Shown here: positions 1 through 14,496 of the stretch, in pieces | How positions within the stretch are numbered: the stretch's first letter is position 1 | Layout of the letters: each line of letters begins with the position of its first letter | NCBI RefSeq assembly: GCF_037042905.1 | Contig: NC_087245.1 | Location: 13,146,001-13,210,000 of the forward strand | Source of the DNA: Lytechinus pictus | Taxonomy: Eukaryota | Direction: 5' to 3' | DNA length: 64,000 nt | Notes under the pieces: model-generated | Database searches by the model: none | Told to the model about the DNA's origin: nothing | What the model saw: only the letters and a program-made list of their open reading frames with translations | Made by a program: the position numbers and the translations under genes

Positions 1-815
1 TTCCGTGGATTTCCGTCTAATTTCTATCATCATCATTTTTTCTGATGTCTAAGCTTTAAGACGATACCAAATTTAGCTGCCCGTTTTTGCCCGTTGCCAT
101 GTGAGAGCCGATTTTACTTGACACAACACCCCCAAAACCTGTTCAAAAACGGTAATTTTATACCGCGCATTCATTGTAGCGCACCGTATGGGTGTACATT
201 GCCGTTCGCTTTTGCACGGCGAGGACGATTCCCCTTCCATTCCATGAAAATGACATGAATTCCGGGCAAAATGTAAACAAAATAAAGGTTGCTAACGCAA
301 ATAAGGGCTATACTCACAACTCTTCCAGAGTTAAAACTTACTTGTAGAATAATTTCAGCCAAAAACCCTCCTCATAGTAATACATTCTTGGTGCTAAATA
401 CACTACATTTTACACAAGTAAACACAGCTTCATAAAGCACGGTTAATATTTTTCAGATTTTCTTTTTTCTTTTTATAAATCTAATTAATGATCATTTTGA
501 TGCTATAAAATTATTTTCAGGATCTCATACACACTTTTTAGGCATGTGAGAAGCCTAAACCAACATTCACTCTGGTCAATCTTAAAGTAGCACATAACAC
601 AAAATTTATATACTACACATTGTCTAGCGTAATTTGTCTTCACAGATAGGTTTTAAGTAGCCAATCAAAATTTGGTATCAAGGTGACGTCAAATCGGCTT
701 TAGATTATGTTCAGTCGATTCTACGCCAAAAATTACCCATAGTCACCTTGTTAAAGTAAAAATCTAACGCGGAATATAATTTTGGCGCACTTTCAACTCA
801 TTCTGGCCCACTGTG
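1..815. mobile_element. One end of a Transib-like DNA transposon (other end outside the window)
   Basis: CACTGTG at 809-815 reads CACAGTG-GGCCAGAATGAG inward on the - strand and is followed directly by CGTCG (816-820), matching the CGNCG target preference of Transib. No transposase ORF is visible; the internal extent is assumed. Confidence 0.6.
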
Positions 816-3800
816 CGTCGTTGAGGACTGGGGGAGCCAAATCTTCTACTTTGCCTACTTCTAACCTATGAACTTTTTAGAAATACATGTAGAATGAATC
901 TTAAATCAATGAATCAATAAGTTCAACGATGATGACAATTCAAAGGCGATGAAATGCATACGCCATCTAGTGTGCTTCATTTTCGTAGATACATATTCAG
1001 AAGGCTTTATGAAAGGGCAAAAAATAAAAAATAAAGATCAAAGTATACCTTACGAACAAAAATACATATGTAAAAAATATAGCTTTGAATTACATCAACC
1101 CTGTTTAAAACCTATCATTAATGATTGCATCATTTTCTAAGTAAGTGGTGCATGTTCGAATAAATTTTTCCTCTTATTGAATAATTACCAACCATGGAAA
1201 CGGATCATTAGATAATGGTGGCTTAAATATCGGATAAGAAAGAAAGAAAGAAATATATATAAGACATGTAAAAGAAAGAATTAAACAATGTGAACAACTG
1301 AGGAAAAAAGAAGGGGATAATGATGAATATGCTGGATATGATAAGCATATGAATCTACACCCCAAAAGATAAGGACAGAAATACAAAAATATACACCTGT
1401 TCTGTCGCAGTCTCAACGAGCCGGACTAAAACGATCGATATGCTAAAGAACCCCAAAACCAATCGTTTCGATCGGTATTAAGTATTTTTTGTTCGTGTGA
1501 CTGTGACACTAGCTGTTGCCTAAATCTTGCCACACACGATTTCATTAAAAACGACAATGTTTTTTTTTCCTTTTTTAAACTTCAGCATGTCCTAGTTTCA
1601 TTTGCAACAAGTACGTTTGATAGAAAGATTCTCAAATTTCTACAAAAACAAGATTCGTTTAGCGAAGTCGCAAGGTGCCACTTATGTCTTTAAAGTCATA
1701 AAGTATCGCCCTTTTTTAGCCAAAGACATAATTTGAATGGATGTTCGTTCTTACTGCGGAATGATATCTTTACTTTTCATCAATCTTGTTAAAAAAAAGA
1801 GTTGATTCAATTTTTAGTCATTTTATAGGTCAATTATTAAAACAAATAAATTGAATAAAGGTACTGCTTTACATTTCAAAGTTAACACATAAATGTACTA
1901 AGATGTCTTTTGTAAAATTCCTGAAATAGTATAAAATTGATTTTACTAATTTCTTCATTTATCTATATTGTTTTATTCATTCATTCATTCATTCAAGACA
2001 TCCATCTATATCTATTTATGTATCCATTCATATCAATATCAATTATTTATTTATCGGTCCATCGAACACTTTTTGTACTTTCGAAATCAATGTGTTTAAA
2101 TGATTACAAAAATTTACGACTTACTCCAGAAAACGCAGACGGTTTATAATCATAATCGCATGCAAGCCCGTGATTTCATATTTGAAAACAATTTCATGCT
2201 CTGTTTCATCTATATGTTTCGAGTTCGTGATTTTTATTTATTTATTTTTTATTTGCGGATGTGTCTTTTTGAGAATCTGGAATTCGTTGCAATAATCATA
2301 TTTTTCCATGTAACCTTTAAATATAATAGATGTTACAAGGTTGATGTGTGTGGTCTTTACATTAAATGAAATCTGCCCCACTTTGCAATCGACTCTACCT
2401 GTTGGAAAGCCGTGAACTTAACTGAGACCATGTGGTTAGGTAGGTCACGAGGGGTTGAATGTCGGAGGTTCGAGCAGCATGGTGTCGCACACTTGTGCCG
2501 GGTGTCTCCCGCGTGTGGTAGAAGCACACCTGTCACCCCGAAGTCCCCCGGTGGAGCAGATGGTTGCAACTTCTTTGAAGTAAACAAAAAAAAGTGAATA
2601 ACATCTAATCCTATCACCAATAACTCAATTGTAGCACGTACTGCTTATGTTTTTGAAAAGCATGGGGATTTTCCAAAAATATAAATATTTTCAAGTTGCT
2701 GTTGTCGTTGTTTGTGCTCTTTTTTTCTGGAAAGCGTAAGCATCACAATTTATACAAATACAATGAAAAGCATTTGTAAATATCTTTAAAACACATATTC
2801 TTTAGAAAATCAATATGATACGACAAATAATTCTTAGTGTCTTTTTTGTTTATGTGTTTGTTTTCAATCGTTATTTTCACGTTTCTTTGAACATGTTGAA
2901 TGAACTGAAATGGAGAAATTTGCCAGTTAAATTACGTGATGTTTATCCCAAAACTGATTTGGTCTTCTCATAAAAGTTGCAGTTCATAGCATTCGAGTTG
3001 TCCTCAGATCATGTTAAAGTCTGGCCTTAATGATGTTGTTGTCTACAGTACAGGGTTTTGCGCGGGAAATACCTTGGAGAAAAGGGGTGTTGTGTCGCCT
3101 GCATCTAGGCGCTATGATAGTGACTCTGTTTGGACAATGAGTCTCGCGTGGGTCTCGTCTTCCGTTGCGTGAATGTTGAGTGATACAAAAATCTCCCGTC
3201 TTCACCAGTTCACACTCCCTCTTCTTGTTCCTGTATCAATCCTGGCTTGCTTTTTCTTTAAGTTTAATTTTGTTCTATTACGTACTCTCTTCCACGACCT
3301 TTTATATCTGCCAACCTCTATGCATACATTGCATAACTCGACCCCAACTGTCCCCATCTCTGCACATACATGCACGGTGTACTAAATTCTCTTTGTCAAA
3401 TTTTCAGTTTCTCGCCCCTCCCCTCCCCATATCTCTCTTCATTTCCTTACATTTCCATTCTACTTCTCTATGTCTTTTCCACCCTCTCATTCTTTGTTTC
3501 ATATTCAACTTCAGAATACTTTATCTCAACACCTTTATGAACATTTCAGTATATGAAGTTCTGATGAAGTATATGATTAATGTTTTAGACTTCACTAATA
3601 AACTGTTTATATACCGATGACAAAAATATAGGTTTTCCCGTCCAATTTCGTCAAAATTTCAACCGATTTATTGATGTAATAATTCAAATTGCAACTAATT
3701 TGAATGACCTATGAGATCAACATTTAAATAGCCAAATACTCAATTCAATTTAATTCTATTGGCACGCGATTTCACGGTTATCTCATTTAAACAAGTATAA

Positions 3801-4201
3801 AGAACGATCAAATTAAAATAGCTGAAGAAGTGTTTTCAAATTCGCACCGGTACCCTCCTTGCGAAAGTTAAGGAATTCAAAATCATTAATATGCAATCAC
3901 TTATAGGATATGGACAATTTTTTTCGTTGTTGTTGATTTTTTACTTCTTTTTAATAATTATGGAAATGGGTTTTACTTCTAAATTGGATGTTTACAATTT
4001 TACTGAAATGTATCATCCATCTGACAAACCATCGTCGGAACAACAACTCGTTTTTGTTCCACTTTCATGATTATAGACTGTGGTCAATACCATGTTTCTC
4101 ATCCCTCCCCAAAACGATATAATTCATAATTATGTAAAATAAAAAAAGAACAAGATGATGAAGAAAAAATACCTACCAATGGCATAGGTCATCCACCCAC
4201 T

Positions 4202-4371
4202 CACTGGCAGATCCAGGGGGGGGGGGGGGTACAGCCGGCTCGCCCCCCCCCCTTTAAGAGGCACAACGAAATACCCTTATTCTTTTGGTTAAAAACCTTT
4301 TCTTTTTTTGCTCGTCAAATTCTCGAGAATATTCCCCCCCCCCCTTTTGGGAGATCCTGGATCCGCCCCTG
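4202..4371. mobile_element. hAT-type MITE with poly-G/poly-C tracts
   Basis: TIRs CACTGGCAGATCCAGG...CCTGGATCCGCCCCTG with a perfect 8-bp TSD CACCCACT (4194-4201, 4372-4379). Confidence 0.85.
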
Positions 4372-7300
4372 CACCCACTCATCAGTCACTAAAAGAATAA
4401 CCGTTTACAACCATATCCTATAAGTGTTACATGAATTACGTCTTTATCAAACATAATGGAATAAAATGATTCTAACTGAAAAGATCGGAAAAATAGAAAG
4501 ATAGGGTATAAAGTTTGGAAAAAATATTGTATAACGTTATACAAAAAAATTAACACAGAAACATGTTATCTGAATTTGGACGTTTAAAGTGCAAATATGT
4601 GTGCCGATAAATGAAATTGAAAATTGTATTTTAGGCGAAATTAAACGATCAGTTCGTCGTCGCGAAATTAAATGACAACTTTGGGCCATAAATTTGAACG
4701 AATTTCTCTCTAAATTGAGTTTCTACAAAATTCAAAGGAATTATATAGAACGGAATTAAATGCTGAATAAATGAAAATGAACCACGTGTGCAGAGGGTTG
4801 ACAAAATATTTCGAATTTGAATGTCCTTTCATTAATTTAAATGCAACTCTGATGAAATTAGACGGGAAAACCTATAGCTACCAATATCTACTTCTCATTA
4901 TCTTTTCCATCCCATTCCTGCACGGATTATATAGTTTCCGTGATAAATCTCTCAAGTCGGTCAAGTGTAGGATCCATGATCCTTCTCACACCTAGATCGA
5001 GATCTTCAGACGACGTTGAAAATCATCTTGGGAAATTCCAAGGTCTGAGAAAAAAAACAAATATAATAGACTCATCAGTCTAACAATAGATTTTGCACTC
5101 TCTAAGAATCTGTCACACCGATGAAACAGACAGGTCATAGGTTATTCGAAATAACATGATCGCTTTGATCGGTCCAGAGTCAGTTTGCTGGTGTAACTGT
5201 ACAATTACTATCTATATAGTCTGATTATAAACTTCTCGATCAGACAAGTACAGCTACAATATTCTAGTAAACATAGATGAATATTGACGTATTAATATCT
5301 GGCCAAATGACACAAATCTAGTAAAGCAATATTGATCGTAACACAAGCTTAATGCTACAGTTAAACCTACGAAATCGATTCCAAACCGAGCGATGGTATG
5401 TCATTCGAAATAACGTTACATGCTACATAACCATGATATTGACCAATTTAAGTTGAATGGAGAAACACCACACAAACATAACAAAAAAAAAATAATGTAA
5501 ACACGAATGTAAAACAATCCAGTATAACATATTTCTACTCATTTTCACCAAACGATTATAGGCCTACATGCACACAGTGTGGTGTATGCAAGTGAGGGTA
5601 GTGATGATGCCTAACACAACTTATTTTGTATATTATTATACAAATATAGAATATGAATTCCTTCCTCCTGTAATTCAATTGAATCTCATTGAATTCATTA
5701 GTATTGAACATGCTGAATTACCAATATTGTAATTTATTATGATTAAGACAGGATGATCATATATCTACATAAATCAAAGTATGTTGTATTTCTTATGATA
5801 CGATGCAAAAATAGCAAGTTAATTTTAATGAATTATTTGGTACAGTTATGCATGTATATTTATCGTGAATAGTATATACCCCCATAAGAATATAATTTAT
5901 AGAGTTAGAGTTTGGGGGCACCAACCCCAAAATAAATATAAATAGATAAATGAATAGATAGATATGAAAAGAAATAAATAAACGAAAAATAGTAGATAAA
6001 ATAAACAAACAAACAAACAAATAAATAAATAGAATAAAAGCAATTAAAAAGGAAAAGGGTAAAAAATGAAATTTCGTTATGCATATTATGTTAAATCGGA
6101 CAACAAGTAGACTTTCATTTTACAAAGGTTTTTTTTTTTTTTTTTTGCTTCGCTCTTTCACGAATGTTAACTCCTCTGTATGCCGTGTTATGCCCCTCAA
6201 AACATATCACACATTATTTTACTGGTTAGAATGATAATATGGTATTTGGTTAACATATCAGGATAAAATGTCAAGCTCTAATAGGATACAATCATGTAAG
6301 TATTAGGTTAATTATGAAGGTCATTTCGAGGGGTGCTACTTTCGGAGCAAATGATTAATGTCTTGTAAAAGGCTTGACCACTGCGGTTTTTTTTTTTGGG
6401 GGGGGGTATATAAGTTAACCCTTTCTCGACCACCGTTGACCTTCAGACCATATTCTTCACATTTTATTTGGATGGAAAGCTGGAAGTTGATTAATTCAGG
6501 GTCAAGATCAGATCTTAAGATATCGAGAGAGACAGGTCTCATTCGATGACGATATCTTGAGAAAGAAAACATGGTGGATTAAACGGCTAGTCGCCCGAGG
6601 CTAGTACAACCCCTTTCTGTCTTTCCTGTTCTAAATATTCACTAGACGTACTCTTACAGACTTTTAGAATGTGACTCTCACCGTGTAATTTCAAAGCTAG
6701 CAGTGCCCGTGGAAACTTAAAAATGAGTATGAAAATACAATTGAAATTATTCAAATCAAAACGATAGACGAAATATAATCATTATTTTGATAAATGGAGA
6801 AAACAAGTTTTTAAAATGATTCAAATTTGAGAAAAGTCGAAAAATTGAAAGTTTTTTTCTTTCAATTTATAATATGTTTGAGACAAGTTGACATTGCAGT
6901 CAGAAAACCGTGACATCATCCTCTCGCTACGTTAAAAAAAGTATTTTAACAAATTTTAATTCATATACTTGGAAAGTAGGCCCTACATAATTTAGAGAAT
7001 GAAAACCTGAACAAATATTCGAAATGGTTATCATTTTGTTTAAACACCTTCTTTTCGGTTTCTTGTAAAGGCTCTATCAATTTCTTTGTTAGATTAATAA
7101 ATGAACCATTTATTTTTGTTTCTTTAAAAAATATTTCAAATAAATCAAGATGTAAATGCATCAAAAAGTTGAATGGAATAAAAGGAGAAACATTTAACAA
7201 GCATAAAACTAAAATCTAATCAACATTGGATGCAAATACGGCTCGCTTATTTTCTAGAAATTTTATACAAGACCTTACCTTGTGTATTCTTCATAATATC

Positions 7301-10165
7301 TGAACTCCAATATGAGGGTCTTTCTCATGTAACATAAACTAGAGACAAATGTGTCTTTTGTCTATTTTATTTATTGATTTATTCATAATGATCTTCCCAA
7401 ATGTGTGTATATTGATTTCGTAATAAACACAAAATATATAATAGAAAGAAAGTTATAGCATTTTAAAGATTCGCTTAATTTCACAAAAATAGTTAAATTG
7501 CACATCCAGGTAGGTATGTAAATGAGGGGACTGAGGACGTCACTCACTCACTACTTCTTTTTTTTAATTTAAATAAAATAAAATATATTGTGAGTGAGTG
7601 ATATCCCCGACTCTCTCATTTGCATATCATTTAGTTGTTCATAATAACTGTTGTGTAAATAATAATCGAAACTTTGAAATATCATAACTTTATTATTTTA
7701 CATTGAATAATTATTAAATTTTCAGGGTTTTGCTTGTTTGATTTTCTTAAATTGATTCAAATAAACTTTTTCATGGGTTGGACTTGACCTTTAACAATTA
7801 CGTTTTTTGGATATTTTTTTTTCAAATAACGATAAACTCTTTCATTTCTTCATCAAATATACTATGGGGGTTTATTAAGTGAGTTTCATATTTTGATGGT
7901 TTCCCATAATGATCCCAAATTATGTCGGTTTAATATATATTTATACTAGTATATATAATAAAATCATGAAATATCAATGGAACTGTGTCCATTTGGAAAA
8001 AAATTATTAAACAAATAACCCCTTCCTAAATCCTTACGAAAGGGTGGGGCGGAATATGAAATGAACGAACACGAAATATATTGTTCTCATTTTTCGTTTT
8101 CCGAAATTGTTGTAGAAATCTAGGGGAAACGGATGGAAAGAATCCGGCCAAAATCTTGAATTCGAAAATAGATATGAGAGGGCACTATGTCTAAAGCATT
8201 TAACAGGACACCCATGTCGTTTGTTATTCAACACTTGGAATATTATTATATCAATTACTCTACCATAAAAATGGACCGCCAGAACATTGATAATCTTCTT
8301 TATATTTTGTTCAAGTAGTTTATTCAAATGCAATTTCTGCTTTGCTTTTCATGACAAAAAAACAAAAGGTGCAACAATTTCACTGCTTTTTTTTCTTTGT
8401 TTCTTTCGCGACGCGGTTGTTATTTGAGATTTAGATAGTGATACCTATATTTCTCCCGGTAGACATGCAGGTTTCCCTTTCACATATGGAATGCATTTCA
8501 AGTCACCAAATGGGCCTATTATGACCTATTAATTTCGTGTACTTGACACAAAATTGTTCCTTGCTGGCTCGTATGAGCGTCAGAAATGAAATTTTAGGAC
8601 GTGTGTGCGGCATTTACGGCATGACGTGAAAAATGAAGGGAAAAGTTGAGAATCATATGAAAAAAATATAATTGTTAAACTGGACTGGTCGCTGTGGTCG
8701 TGGGAAAATTTATAGTCAACTAAGGATTTCGGTTTGATATTCGACTTTTCTCTTAAAAAAAAGACAAAAACAAATTCTTTCCTTCCTCATTTTCATCGCC
8801 TTCGCCAACTTCTTCCACGTCATTTCCTTTTAGGAACCATTTATTTTTATTTATTTTATTTATTTATTTTTTTTTTTTTTGGGGGGGGGGAGTTTAGCCC
8901 ATTTATGCTCCTATACATCAATTTCTATTTCTTTTCGGATATTCTCCCGTTTTTTAATATTCATTTTTTAGTCTTTCTTTCTTAGACTCTCCCTCTCTCC
9001 CTCTTTCTTTCTTTCTTTCTTTCTTTATTTCTTGTGCAAGCCACACAAAAAGACGGTTCATTTCTATTAGCAGTAGTATATACATCATTTTTGGTATCAG
9101 CTTTTGGGGATTTCCATTGAAATAGTCTCTATTTGGTAAATCGCCATATAAAAAAGGAATAAAGCCGTAGTGGGCAGTTTGATCACTTTGCTCACTCGCT
9201 AACATTTTGACTTATTTCACATACCCCCTCATTTGAAATAAAAAAATAAAATCTGCTGAAAGACATAGATGCCTCCATCTCTCCCTTTTTCCTCAGTTCA
9301 CTTGTTCTTCTTTTTGTCATATGCCTTCCTCTTGAAGATAAGATACATGTGCTTGCATTGCTCTTGTTGAACTATGACCCCCATTTCACGCTTTTAAATC
9401 GCTATTTTCACAGACTTTACCAATACACATCTCTTCAAACTACACTGACCTGCCACCTCTCATAAAAACCTTCCCCAAACTACTTAGCCCTCTAAAAGTC
9501 AACGAGAAACTCGTCTAACCATGAAAGTTGATTAAACGAGCCGTAAAATCGCGATGGAATTGAGTCCAGAAATATCCCCAAACAAAGAGAATTTTATTAA
9601 TTCGATATTTTTTCTTTGAGCTCTTTTGAGGATAGTTCAAGTTCGTAGACTTATCTGACAGTAAGGACACCGTTTTATTTTTGTAATGGCGCCATCATCG
9701 CCCAAAGAACATGTTTTTCAAGATTCAAGATTTATGTTCAAAGAAAGGAAAACAAAGTGGCTTTGGGATTGCCGCATAAATGTTTCATATTTCGACATAT
9801 ATGTCAAGGAACATGCGTAACTTTTGCATTGGTGCATGGGGTTGGGGGCACAGACCCCCATATTTTAGATTTACTTCAAACTTGGATTGAAAGAGATAAA
9901 TCAAACAAACACAATTCCGCAAATTTCGAATTTGAAATAAGAAACTCATGGCATTTTTTTCAATTTTACTTATTTCTCACAAAAGACAAGTTTAACGATA
10001 TGTTGATCAATATCAATCATCGATGGAGATCATCGTTTTCTAATGTAATATATATATATTTGTATTTTTCCTAAAAATTAGCATCCCCTGCTCCTTTAAA
10101 GTACATGTTGTAAAAAAAATGGAACCTGAAATTGCATTCGTTAGATTAGAAGCGGACAAATACTA

Positions 10166-10424
10166 CACTCTAAAAAATATTGGGTATAAGTGCTCCATGA
10201 GCATGATGAGGGTAATTATGTGTCCAACCAACATGGGGCACTTCTTTGGGGCATTTTTATTTATCCAGTGTGATGAAAATTTTGCCCATTCTAAAGTAAT
10301 TGCTGCTTATCTTTAACCTTACTGGACAATATGCTTCCCGCATTGGGTAAAATACTGCCCCAAATTGGTTGGAAACATAATTACCCTCATGGTGGTAAAA
10401 TTTTTACCCACTATTTTTACAGTG
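10166..10424. mobile_element. MITE with CACT-TAAAAA termini, copy 1
   Basis: CACTCTAAAAAATA...TATTTTTACAGTG; colinear over its length with 16916-17168. Flanks TA/AT do not form a clean TSD. Confidence 0.8.
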
Positions 10425-10785
10425 ATAGAATAAAAATACCATTAAAATATACATTAATGTAGATGTAGAATAGGCAATGTCTGTATGATGCAACAAGATA
10501 TTGTAATGTTGTTATGGGCTCTAATTTCCAATTACCTTATAACATAAATATTCAAGGTATGGAAAAAAAAAAAGGGTCAACATTTTTTGTGACGATTTTC
10601 TTCTGAATACTGTAGATGATTGCTGTTATTGAAATATATGAATTGATCGGGGTGTTTTTATATTCAGATGAAATTCTTTCGTTATTGTATAAAAGTATAG
10701 AAGTCGTAAACTTCGATGTAATACCAAAAACCATAAAAGTTTTTATATTTGTGGATGAATATTTGAGGTTTACTACCTCATAAAT

Positions 10786-10817
<32 letters not shown>

Positions 10818-11898
10818 GGGGGGGGGTGTTTTTTGACGTTTTTTTCGGCAGACCTTCGATAAGATGATTCTTCCTGCTCCCGTCTTAAGCATGGAGGTTT
10901 GGGATACATTCACCTATGAAAAATGAATATTTTATATATTTTAAGCAATCGGATTACACTAAAATTACGTTAATCAAACTTTGAAAATACGAATTATACA
11001 ATTTATTTAAAAACTCAGGTTTACATGTTGAATAAAAATGTATTTCCTATATTGATATTTTACTCCACATTGTTTATAGAGTATGAGTTAGAATTGATAT
11101 TTTCAGCGTTCTATGATTTCATTAAAATAAAAAATGCATTTAAAGGGCCAGTTTCTGTTGTTAGATTTAAAATATGCAAAATATTTGGAGACATGCATTC
11201 ATTCATATTTTTTATCGTAGCTATTGAATTCCCACAAGAATATTGACGTAATGAAACAATAATCTTTAAAGGGAGATATACGGTGAAGGACAATAGAACA
11301 TTTCGTGTAGTGAATTGATCTGAGTGAGCAATAAAAGGTTATAAATTAAGCCTTCACAGAATGATGATTAATTTTGTTATATTTTGAACGAAATTGTATT
11401 TTGATTTCTTATAAACAGGGGATTCCAATGAAAGATAGGCATAACAAGGACCCAGACAACCAGATATTTAAAGAAATACAGTGCAAATTATGTCTGAAAA
11501 TACACATTTCAAATATTCGTTATTTTGTTAAGTGCCGGAGCCCCTGTCCCATCTCTCTCGCACTTGTACGAAGATGCGTATTGAAGTCTTTACTCCACCT
11601 TTGATAATCATATCCATAACACCAACGATGTTCTTGCTATAACCTACATACACGTATTTTCTTAAATATTCTAAAAATGTAAAGATTTTGGTTGTTTGGG
11701 GCATATTCCTGTGCGACACGTCTTCGAACCTCTTCTTTATACACCCTTCTGGGTGGTTAGATCATAAACGTCTCTAACATTGATGATATACTAACACGTG
11801 TTGAGATTGATAAATATAAATCAACAAGATTTTTCTCTTTCTCTCGCTTTCTCCCAAAAAGATCGCCCTTCCCTTCTCAAAGTTGCAAAGTATGGTTG

Positions 11899-12024
11899 TG
11901 TTACAGCACATTTTGGTAAATTACCAAAATGTACCGTGACATAATTACGGCACATTTTGGTAGATCGCACATTTTGGTAATCCAATTTACTAAAATGTGT
12001 AATTTACCCAAATGTGCCGTAACA
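11899..12024. mobile_element. 126-bp MITE with TGT...ACA termini (Ginger-like)
   Basis: TGTTACAGCACATTTTGGTAA...TTACCCAAATGTGCCGTAACA, internal repeats of GCACATTTTGGTA, perfect 5-bp TSD GGTTG (11894-11898, 12025-12029). Confidence 0.75.
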
Positions 12025-13964
12025 GGTTGTCCTATACACGTATTAAATGTAAAATGAATTGTGAAAAAGTTCAAGTTTATTTTTGTTGTTGATATTGTTG
12101 TTGTTGTTATTGTTGATTCATCTGGTGCCGAATACTGGAAACCATGTCTTTGGTGTAATCTATTTGTCTTCATCTATAGCATACATAAAAAATGTTTGTT
12201 AATTGTCAAATAATTTCCTCGAATTCATAGACCTCCTCTATTATCATCATCCCAGTAACTTCATTAAGTAAAATAAATAATTATACCAGAATTAATAATT
12301 TGTTATAATACTTCGGCTTTTATTTTCTTTTGCACAACCGTTTTGGAGATGAATCAAAGAAAAAGGAGGACGAAGAGAGAGAAAGAGATCGTGAAGAGAG
12401 AGAGAGAGCGGGGGAGAGATGTATAGGGGTAGGGGGTGAAGGGTGAGTTAGAGGAGAAAACAAGATTCTCACATTGTCTTATAAATGCAACTGTGTAACA
12501 AAGCTTATATATATAGCACAAATAGGGTTAAATGGGATTGTTCATTTGGCAGGGGGGTGGGGGTAGGATATAAACGGAAGGCCTATGTAAAAAAAAGACA
12601 ATACAAAATGGGGTACATATTTGTTGGTGTAAATGGGGACGGTGTGATTGGCGCAAAGACCCCCTCCCTCTTTTTTTTCCTATTTTTTTTCTTCTGCTAA
12701 AAAATGGTACAACAGGGATATATATACCGATGACATTTTGACTTTCTTTTTGAAAAAAAACTGGGGCCCTTCCCCTTCCTGATAAATCCTGGATCCCCCG
12801 ATGTGATGCCAAGCTTTAACTGATATTCGTCGAAGTGATCAGCTGCTCATCTATACCTGACAGTATTCATAAACTTACCACAAACTAATGGATAGTGAGT
12901 GTGACTAAAAACATCGGAATTGAGCTAATTGACGGGAAAAAGGGGGTGGGTAACTTGCTATGGCTGGCCAATAACGTGAAAATTGGTCTATACCATCAGC
13001 ATCAGGAATGTCACGTCTATATGTGGTATGTTTCCCGAACCGCTCCATGAGGATTTCAGCAAATCTATTATTAAGATTTATCACATTATCATTATGAAAA
13101 AAAGATCAAGCGTCATTAGCTTGTGGTTTATGTATATCGCTTCATACTTTGCTCCGCCGGATAAGACATAAAAAAATTGTTTTAGGTATGTGGCTACGAA
13201 AGGTACGATATTCGATTTATGTATATATATGCCATGATATAATCATATTTAATCAGTCGAGTGAGACTGTTATTAAATACCATTTTTAAATAGATTATAG
13301 ACATTCAAAAATCTAGTTCAATATGGAAATAAAAACACATTTTCTCTATGAGATTCATAGATTTGTTACCTCTTTTGAAAAATTATGGAAAATAGAAGAT
13401 GAATCATTATCAGTACCAACATAAAAAGGTGATGATATAAATTGTTCAACAAGTTATCGTGTACACTTTACTGCTAAACATTTTCTATCTGCTTCCTTAA
13501 ATCAGAGAACACACACTAAGAATGGGGAAATTTGTAGGAAAGTAGCAGTAAACATGGTAAACGGGTTGCAATAGAATGGAATAAATTGTGAAATGACATA
13601 GGCCAAGGCAAACCAATCAAATCCGGGTATTTTTGTAGTCTCGTTTTTTTAAATCAGTTTTGCTTAGATGGCTTTCCATATACCTGATCAAAGTTAGAGT
13701 AACCACTTCAGTTGAAAATCACCCACGACATAAAATCTGATTTTGAAATGAGATAAAGAGATCAAGTATATTAACGCAAACCGATCGCCCTACAAATTAC
13801 TTGATAGATTTCATCCGAAACCTCGACCACGTCTTCCTACATTTCTTTGATTAGATTTTGAAAGGAACAAACAGAAATACTGTTTCACCGCAATCAAATC
13901 TCCTGTAGACTAATCCTAAATCGCGATATTAATAGTATTTAAAGAAGAAGTAGAAGCTATATAT

Positions 13965-13981
13965 TACTACTTCTTCTACTA

Positions 13982-14053
<72 letters not shown>

Positions 14054-14158
14054 TACGACTACTACGACTACTACGACTACTACGACTACTACTTCTACTA
14101 CTACTTCTACTACTACTACTTCTACTACTACTACTATTACTACTTCTACTACTACTTT

Positions 14159-14212
<54 letters not shown>

Positions 14213-14304
14213 TACTACTTCTACTACTACTTCTACTACTACTACTTCTACTACTACTGCTACTACTACTACTACTTCTACCACTACTTCTACTACTACT
14301 ACTT

Positions 14305-14368
<64 letters not shown>

Positions 14369-14448
14369 TATTACTTCTACTACTACTTCTACTACTACTA
14401 CTACTACTTCTACTACTACTTCTACTACTACTTCTACTACTACTACTT

Positions 14449-14492
<44 letters not shown>

Positions 14493-14494
14493 GC
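13965..14494. repeat. (CTA)n/(CTT) trinucleotide microsatellite, left block
   Basis: Directly visible ACT/TCT repeats. Confidence 0.97.
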
Positions 14495-14496
14495 TC

